A stretch of DNA of 64,000 bases from an uncultured Gammaproteobacteria bacterium (GTDB lineage: Bacteria; Patescibacteriota; Microgenomatia; Levybacterales; UBA12049). Below the pieces are notes generated by a model, which saw nothing but the letters and a program-made list of their open reading frames with translations, was not told where the DNA came from and made no database searches. The stretch is from assembly GCA_965230895.1 (NCBI GenBank), contig OZ246394.1, positions 1,121,887-1,185,886 of the forward strand, written 5' to 3'. A program made the position numbers and the translations under genes. How positions within the stretch are numbered: position 1 is the stretch's first letter; the number at the start of each line of letters is the position of its first letter. Below, piece by piece: positions 58,825-64,000 of the stretch.

Positions 58825-59021
58825 AAAGTTACCAAAGAGATTGTTAACACAATCTTTGGACTTTAAAAACTCATAATCAAATCGACGGACACCCCATTTC
58901 ATGCGCTCTACATGACGGATTAATACTCTTTTAGGAGCAATAACGCCCGCCACTCACATTTTTTTAATTCTTTCTATGAAAGAGCTTTCTTGCTGTGGAA
59001 TGATTTGATTGGAAAGACTCT

Positions 59022-62000
59022 ATGACTGAACGCGAACCAACACATAAAGAAAGAAAGGGAAAAGGCCATAAAGATATGGGCGGAGAAATTGTATCTCCGG
59101 CGGAGCTTCTTGCACCATATGATAAACCTCCATTTGACCCGCTTAGACAAGGTGGACTACTTACAACTGCAACGACAACAGAAGCATATGTAAGACCTTC
59201 CTATTTTAGAAAAAACCCTGAAGGGCTTACGAAAAGTGATGTTAAAGGTATTTATATGGAGGATAAGCCGCCAGAAAAATTAGGTTTTACTGAAATTGAT
59301 TCTGGTCTTGAAGGAGAATATTTTATTTTTGATGACCAAGGCGAAACAGTCTCGGCAATGAATCCAGGAGACCCTTTCAGGACTGCGCTAGAAAGATTTA
59401 ATGCAACTGCACAAGAAAATGGTCAAGAAGAGATTGGATACACAGTGGAAATGGCTGCAAATTGTGTTGAGTTAACCTTCGATCATGGAACGGATATTAA
59501 ACGAAGAAACAGAAGTTACCTAGGCACGCTAAAATCACTTGTAAAAATTGCAGACGAAACTGGAGTAAATATTGCACCAATAGCAAATATCCCACATAGA
59601 CGACTACAACCAGAGGAAATAACTGATGATCCATATACACAAAAAATAACATTCGATGTTCAAGGATGGGATGCAGCACAACATTTTGACATTGCATCAA
59701 TTCAACCACACGTAGAAGTGCTCGATCATTTAGCTGCCCGCAAAGTAATCAATCATTTACAGCATGTATCACCTATTCTTTTGGGTGCAACTCTTTCTGG
59801 ACCATTTATGGATGGACGTTTAGAGCCTAATCCTGAAGAACGATATGGTACTGCTCCTGGAGTTGATGGCGATCCATGGAAGGAAGCAACGATAGAAAAC
59901 TTAGAACAAGGCGAACATCATTCATACAGACCAAAAGGAAGATTTTTTGGATCCCCTTCTGGAGGAGTTCTGAGACAACCAATTCCAGAAGATGAGGAAG
60001 AATTCTTGGCATCTATTGGTGCAAAGTTGGAAAAAGGTGAAGTTCCAACTGCAGGACGAGAAGGTGGGCATCACACAGATAGATATCGAGTTGACATACC
60101 ACCGCATGGCACTCTTGAATTATGCACACTTGATCCCGCTGGAGGCAAAATAGAACGAGTTGTTTCCATGCGCGAATTTGTACGTGGACTTGGATGGAAG
60201 ATGCAAATGCATATTATTAATGGAGACTTTGAGCAAGTTCAAGAACGTTATCCAGCATTATTTGGCCAAGAACCATCAACCGAATCATTTGAGATAGCTC
60301 ATCATAATAGTATGCGCGTTGCAAAACATGGAGCAGATGCAATCTTACAAGGTATGGACGGAGAAGAACATACGACAAGAGAGCTTTGGACACAGCTAAG
60401 AGAATTTGTACAAGAACCATTTATAGACGAGGCACATGGTATTGCCTATGAAGGTCTCCCTCCAAGAATAATTGCAGAAGTAAGTAGAGCATTTCTTGAC
60501 CCTGATAAAACTATGGAGAAATTTAAAGATGCTGAAGGAATTACATCTGTTAAAGGTTTCTATGAAACTGGTATCGGGAATATCAGCCATTGGATGATGC
60601 AGGGTGCTAAGGACAGAATTGAATCAGGGATGGAAGAAAAAGAAGCTGTAATGGCTGTAACTGTTGATGTTGCGAAATCGTTTCATGAACATATTAAGAG
60701 CGCTTCAGAAAAAGACCTCGATACCCTTTATAAAAATCCAAACGGAACCTTTACTATCAACGCATTACCCACCGATGAAGCAAAAACATATTGGGATAAG
60801 CTCTTACAAAAAAATCTTGTACCTGATGCAGGTGAACATTTATTACAAATGGGACATCCTGTTGAGTTGCCGTCTACCCTTTCAGAGCAAATCGTCGCTG
60901 GAGCAAAGGCAACCCATGACATCATTTTGGCAAAGATAAAAGAACAAGGTGGCGTCACAGAATGGCTAAAGGATGCTCCCGTTATGTTTGGGCCCCATGT
61001 CATTAATGATCCCGAGGTAAATAAGCAACTTGATAGCAGAATAGATAAGGGATTTGGATTGCCGCTAGAATTCGACACTCTTTTAAGCCGTAAAGATGGA
61101 GAATTACATACTCCTATACTTGAGATTCATACCGCCATTAGCTATGAAACTGTCTTAGCGGATAGACTGGAAGCAGCTGGGTATGATACAACTGCTTCAA
61201 ACACAAGATTCGGTGAAACTTCTCCAGCAGATATTTATGCAAGCTTCCCAGAATTGTTTGCGGGAGGAGAACCTATTGTAGTAATGGATACTTTCCCATT
61301 TGATTCCACGAGACCAGATAAAGTTGGTATGCAGCGGCTTATGGGAAATCCAGACAGCCTCCCAATTTCGCCATTGGATATCATTGGCAAAGATGAGAAT
61401 GGATACTATTATCATCCGTACATTGAAGACCCTGAAAAACCACTTGATGCAAAAAGAGATGAACAAGGTAAACCGATAAAAGATACGTCAAAAACCGAAT
61501 ATGTAAAGCATGCGTTTGCGCGAATGGCACAATATGATCTTGATGTTTTGTGGGACACGATTAATGCAAATCCTGATAAAGAAGCTGCTCAGGAACAAGG
61601 AGATTTAATAGCACAATTTCTACGAGATAGTTCCGTTAATTGGGTTTGGCATCCTTCATGGCAACATCTCGGTGACAAAAAAATGATGCCAGATGTTAGA
61701 AAAAAAATGATCGAAGACGCCAACCCGCTTGCTGATCAGTATGTTCCAGTTTATGGGGCAGGAGAAACAGTAGTTGAGTCAGGCAAATATATAAAAAAGC
61801 CTACAAGCGCACAACATGGGGTTGATCAGTCAAGAGAAACTGTACAACAGAATGATGTTGTTACAGTAGAAGAAGGATATGTATATCAAGGACTTATAAC
61901 ACCTTTACCTGTGGTATCGTACGTTGAGGGTTACCTCGCTGAAGAGATGAGAAGAGCTGATCAAACTACATTGCGAAGCATCGATAGAGTCGCAGGAAAC

Positions 62001-62276
62001 AATTTAAGACCAATTACTGGACAACTTGAAATTAGAGCTTTAATACCTCCCTACTGGAGAACAGATACAGAGGATACTGCAGGTGAAATCGCTGGTAGAT
62101 ATATGACAAGATTTGCTCCTCGCTGGGATAGACCAGAGAAAGAGCTAAAGCTTACCCAAACCAACGCTTTAGGAATAACAACAGCACTTCATAGACATCT
62201 TGATTCGACCCAAGACAATGAAAACCACGTGTTCTATCCGTATGGTATGGCTCCGGTAGTCGTCTACGAAGCATAA
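59022..62276 (+). CDS. Two-domain amide ligase: GCS2/YbdK-like glutamate--amine ligase fused to a circularly permuted-type ATP-grasp domain
   Basis: N-half: GLEGEYFIFD, EMAANCVEL, ASIQPHV, LSGPFMDG, SYR, YRVD...GTLELCTLD. C-half: LEFD..ILEIHT, FAR, WVWHPSW..GDK, YIKKP, YVYQ, LEIR. Confidence 0.7.
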   Translation: MTEREPTHKERKGKGHKDMGGEIVSPAELLAPYDKPPFDPLRQGGLLTTATTTEAYVRPSYFRKNPEGLTKSDVKGIYMEDKPPEKLGFTEIDSGLEGEYFIFDDQGETVSAMNPGDPFRTALERFNATAQENGQEEIGYTVEMAANCVELTFDHGTDIKRRNRSYLGTLKSLVKIADETGVNIAPIANIPHRRLQPEEITDDPYTQKITFDVQGWDAAQHFDIASIQPHVEVLDHLAARKVINHLQHVSPILLGATLSGPFMDGRLEPNPEERYGTAPGVDGDPWKEATIENLEQGEHHSYRPKGRFFGSPSGGVLRQPIPEDEEEFLASIGAKLEKGEVPTAGREGGHHTDRYRVDIPPHGTLELCTLDPAGGKIERVVSMREFVRGLGWKMQMHIINGDFEQVQERYPALFGQEPSTESFEIAHHNSMRVAKHGADAILQGMDGEEHTTRELWTQLREFVQEPFIDEAHGIAYEGLPPRIIAEVSRAFLDPDKTMEKFKDAEGITSVKGFYETGIGNISHWMMQGAKDRIESGMEEKEAVMAVTVDVAKSFHEHIKSASEKDLDTLYKNPNGTFTINALPTDEAKTYWDKLLQKNLVPDAGEHLLQMGHPVELPSTLSEQIVAGAKATHDIILAKIKEQGGVTEWLKDAPVMFGPHVINDPEVNKQLDSRIDKGFGLPLEFDTLLSRKDGELHTPILEIHTAISYETVLADRLEAAGYDTTASNTRFGETSPADIYASFPELFAGGEPIVVMDTFPFDSTRPDKVGMQRLMGNPDSLPISPLDIIGKDENGYYYHPYIEDPEKPLDAKRDEQGKPIKDTSKTEYVKHAFARMAQYDLDVLWDTINANPDKEAAQEQGDLIAQFLRDSSVNWVWHPSWQHLGDKKMMPDVRKKMIEDANPLADQYVPVYGAGETVVESGKYIKKPTSAQHGVDQSRETVQQNDVVTVEEGYVYQGLITPLPVVSYVEGYLAEEMRRADQTTLRSIDRVAGNNLRPITGQLEIRALIPPYWRTDTEDTAGEIAGRYMTRFAPRWDRPEKELKLTQTNALGITTALHRHLDSTQDNENHVFYPYGMAPVVVYEA

Positions 62277-62317
62277 CTTGCCATTACATTCCTATTTTTT
62301 TATACTGGAACTATCCT

Positions 62318-63103
62318 ATGAATCTTAATGACTTCCCTCTTTTCTCCTCTGAGATGATTAAAAACTACATTTATGTGGGTATAACATTGCTGGTCGCTGT
62401 TTTGGTTGATAATATTCTCCGATCGCTTATCAAAGTTCCAAAGCATTTTGACAACAGACGTGCACGACGCTTTACGGTTATTACTCGAAATATGATAACT
62501 GCAGTTGTCTATTCTATCACGGCATATATTATTTTGACACTCTTGGGGATTGACCTGACTCCACTTCTGGCCTCAGCCTCGATTATTGGTATCATTCTTG
62601 GTATTGGAGCACGATCAATTATTGAAGACTTTGTTACTGGTCTTTTTCTTCTTTCCCATGATTCTGTAGCTATGGGTGACTATGTAAAAATAGCAGACAA
62701 TGTTGAAGGATATGTAGAAAGGATGGATTCAAGAACAATGACTATTCGGGGCCAAGATGGCTCACTTTATTTAATTCCCAATGGACAAATAAAGGGAATC
62801 TCAAACTATTCACGGAATAAAGCAAATGTCCTTATTGATCTCCCCCTTAAAGCAAATCAAGATATTAATAAAACTATCAAATGTGCAGAAAAAGCTCTTG
62901 ATGATCTAAAAAAAGATGACAAGCTAGGCGATGCAGTTTTAAATGGCTCTGCAGTTAATGGGATTGAAGATTTTAGAAATCCTGAAATTATGATCTTAAG
63001 AGTTACGTTGATTACGCAACCTATTCGCAGATGGGAATTAGGAAGAAAATACCGATACTTAGTCAAGCGAGAGTTCGAAAAGAGCAAGATTACTTTTGCC
63101 TAA
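62318..63103 (+). CDS. Small-conductance mechanosensitive channel (MscS family)
   Basis: LLASASIIGIILGIGARSIIEDFVTG, GDYV, GYVE, IPNGQI..NYSR. Confidence 0.92.
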   Translation: MNLNDFPLFSSEMIKNYIYVGITLLVAVLVDNILRSLIKVPKHFDNRRARRFTVITRNMITAVVYSITAYIILTLLGIDLTPLLASASIIGIILGIGARSIIEDFVTGLFLLSHDSVAMGDYVKIADNVEGYVERMDSRTMTIRGQDGSLYLIPNGQIKGISNYSRNKANVLIDLPLKANQDINKTIKCAEKALDDLKKDDKLGDAVLNGSAVNGIEDFRNPEIMILRVTLITQPIRRWELGRKYRYLVKREFEKSKITFA

Positions 63104-63143
63104 CTCTTGACAGAGCTTCTTTGATCTGCTCTACTAAATATAG

Positions 63144-63602
63144 ATGAAAAAGAAACTGTCCACTAAAACAAGTTCATCGAAGAGTACTCGCCGTACAACA
63201 AGAAAAGTAACAAGCGGCGGTCAAACTATCGTTTTCCATAGAATTGTCATTGTCAGTGCAGTTCTCGCCCTCTTTGTCGTTGGAGCGATTACATTAAATC
63301 GACATGATGTTATGAAGTCTGTAGCAGGGACAAGCATTATGCGTGGTGCTTTTGCAGAAGCAACCGTTAAAGTTCCTAACGATCTCCAAAATGCTGTTTC
63401 ATATACTATCTATTACAAACAGGCAGATGAGAAAGAATTCACTAACTCAGTTCAAAATGTGTCTCCTACTGTTGGATCATACACTATCTCCCATCTTAAA
63501 AAAGGTGCTTCATATGAGTACAGATTTGCTGCTGTAGATGCATCCGGAAAAGAATATATGTACTCAGAGATTATTCCTCTTACTGATCTTCGATCAATGT
63601 AA
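63144..63602 (+). CDS. Membrane-anchored single FN3-domain protein
   Basis: Basic N-tail, one TM, YTIYY...YTISHLKKGASYEYRFAAVD. Confidence 0.75.
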   Translation: MKKKLSTKTSSSKSTRRTTRKVTSGGQTIVFHRIVIVSAVLALFVVGAITLNRHDVMKSVAGTSIMRGAFAEATVKVPNDLQNAVSYTIYYKQADEKEFTNSVQNVSPTVGSYTISHLKKGASYEYRFAAVDASGKEYMYSEIIPLTDLRSM

Positions 63603-63612
63603 TCATCTCTTT

Positions 63613-64000
63613 TTAAATCTGCACTTTAGAGAATAAATATGCTCCAACAGTTAAGACAATTGCTGTCAAAACTGAAAGTATCAGAAGATCCAGCCCTAAC
63701 CCAAAATGACTAGCACCAGTTAATGTCCCTCTAATACCATCGACTCCATAGGTTAAAGGGTCAATCATGGTCACTGCACCTAAAGCAGGCGGTAAATTAT
63801 TTAAAGGGAATAATGCCCCAGAAAGAAAAAACGTCGGCTGTACTAAAAAATTCATAATAAGTTGAAATCCACTGATATCTTCGAGAATTGATGCAAGCGC
63901 AATTCCTACCCCAGTATAAAAAACTGCTACCAAAATCATGAACAGGAAGGTTAAAGGAAGAAGCGAGAAGTCAGGACGAAAACCAAAAATAGTAGCTAAA
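63613..64000 (-). CDS. ABC-2 type transporter permease (5' part beyond window end)
   Basis: FFLSGALFPL..LP, DPLTYGVDGIR; the frame stays open to the window edge. Confidence 0.9.
   Translation of the reverse strand, partial: LATIFGFRPDFSLLPLTFLFMILVAVFYTGVGIALASILEDISGFQLIMNFLVQPTFFLSGALFPLNNLPPALGAVTMIDPLTYGVDGIRGTLTGASHFGLGLDLLILSVLTAIVLTVGAYLFSKVQI

Noticed and set aside
59022-62276. Calling the fusion canonical GshF/GshAB
   Set aside because: Its length, motif order and ligase subfamilies differ from GshF, and the substrate cannot be determined from sequence alone.
1-64000. Alternative genetic code (TGA=Gly, as in Gracilibacteria/Absconditabacteria)
   Set aside because: Conserved genes are full length under code 11, and TGA serves as a stop (e.g. 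cmk/map ATGA overlap, 28144, 37199, 52487).

Overview
Bacterial chromosome segment (standard code 11) from a Patescibacteria/CPR organism, most consistent with the Microgenomates group. Evidence: no uL30 gene between rpsE and rplO, an N-terminally shortened uL2, short TpiA and PcrA, and pilN/pilO, FemABX, LCP and GT-C envelope genes. The left half holds a >1000 aa membrane protein cut by the window edge, a PP2C-domain protein, and the S10-spc-alpha ribosomal superoperon plus rplM/rpsI on the minus strand. tuf is separated from fusA by about 6.9 kb of accessory genes and a 630 bp gap containing DnaA boxes (candidate oriC). The right half encodes pilus-alignment proteins, a membrane glycosylation locus, housekeeping enzymes and an N-domain-less ClpB under a CIRCE-overlapped promoter. 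The best candidate for an undescribed system is at 57.8-62.3 kb: a gamma-glutamyl hydrolase (peptidase C26) followed by a 1084 aa fusion of a GCS2/YbdK-type glutamate-amine ligase and a circularly permuted-type ATP-grasp ligase. That locus also carries two structured non-coding regions, a possible 40 aa small ORF and a Cys-Cys uORF. Other notable signals are apparently leaderless genes (-10 box 6 nt before ATG), a terminator/antiterminator leader before rplC, and a heptamer-periodic palindromic element between rpoA and rplQ. All calls come from reading the sequence and recognising motifs; no searches were run.
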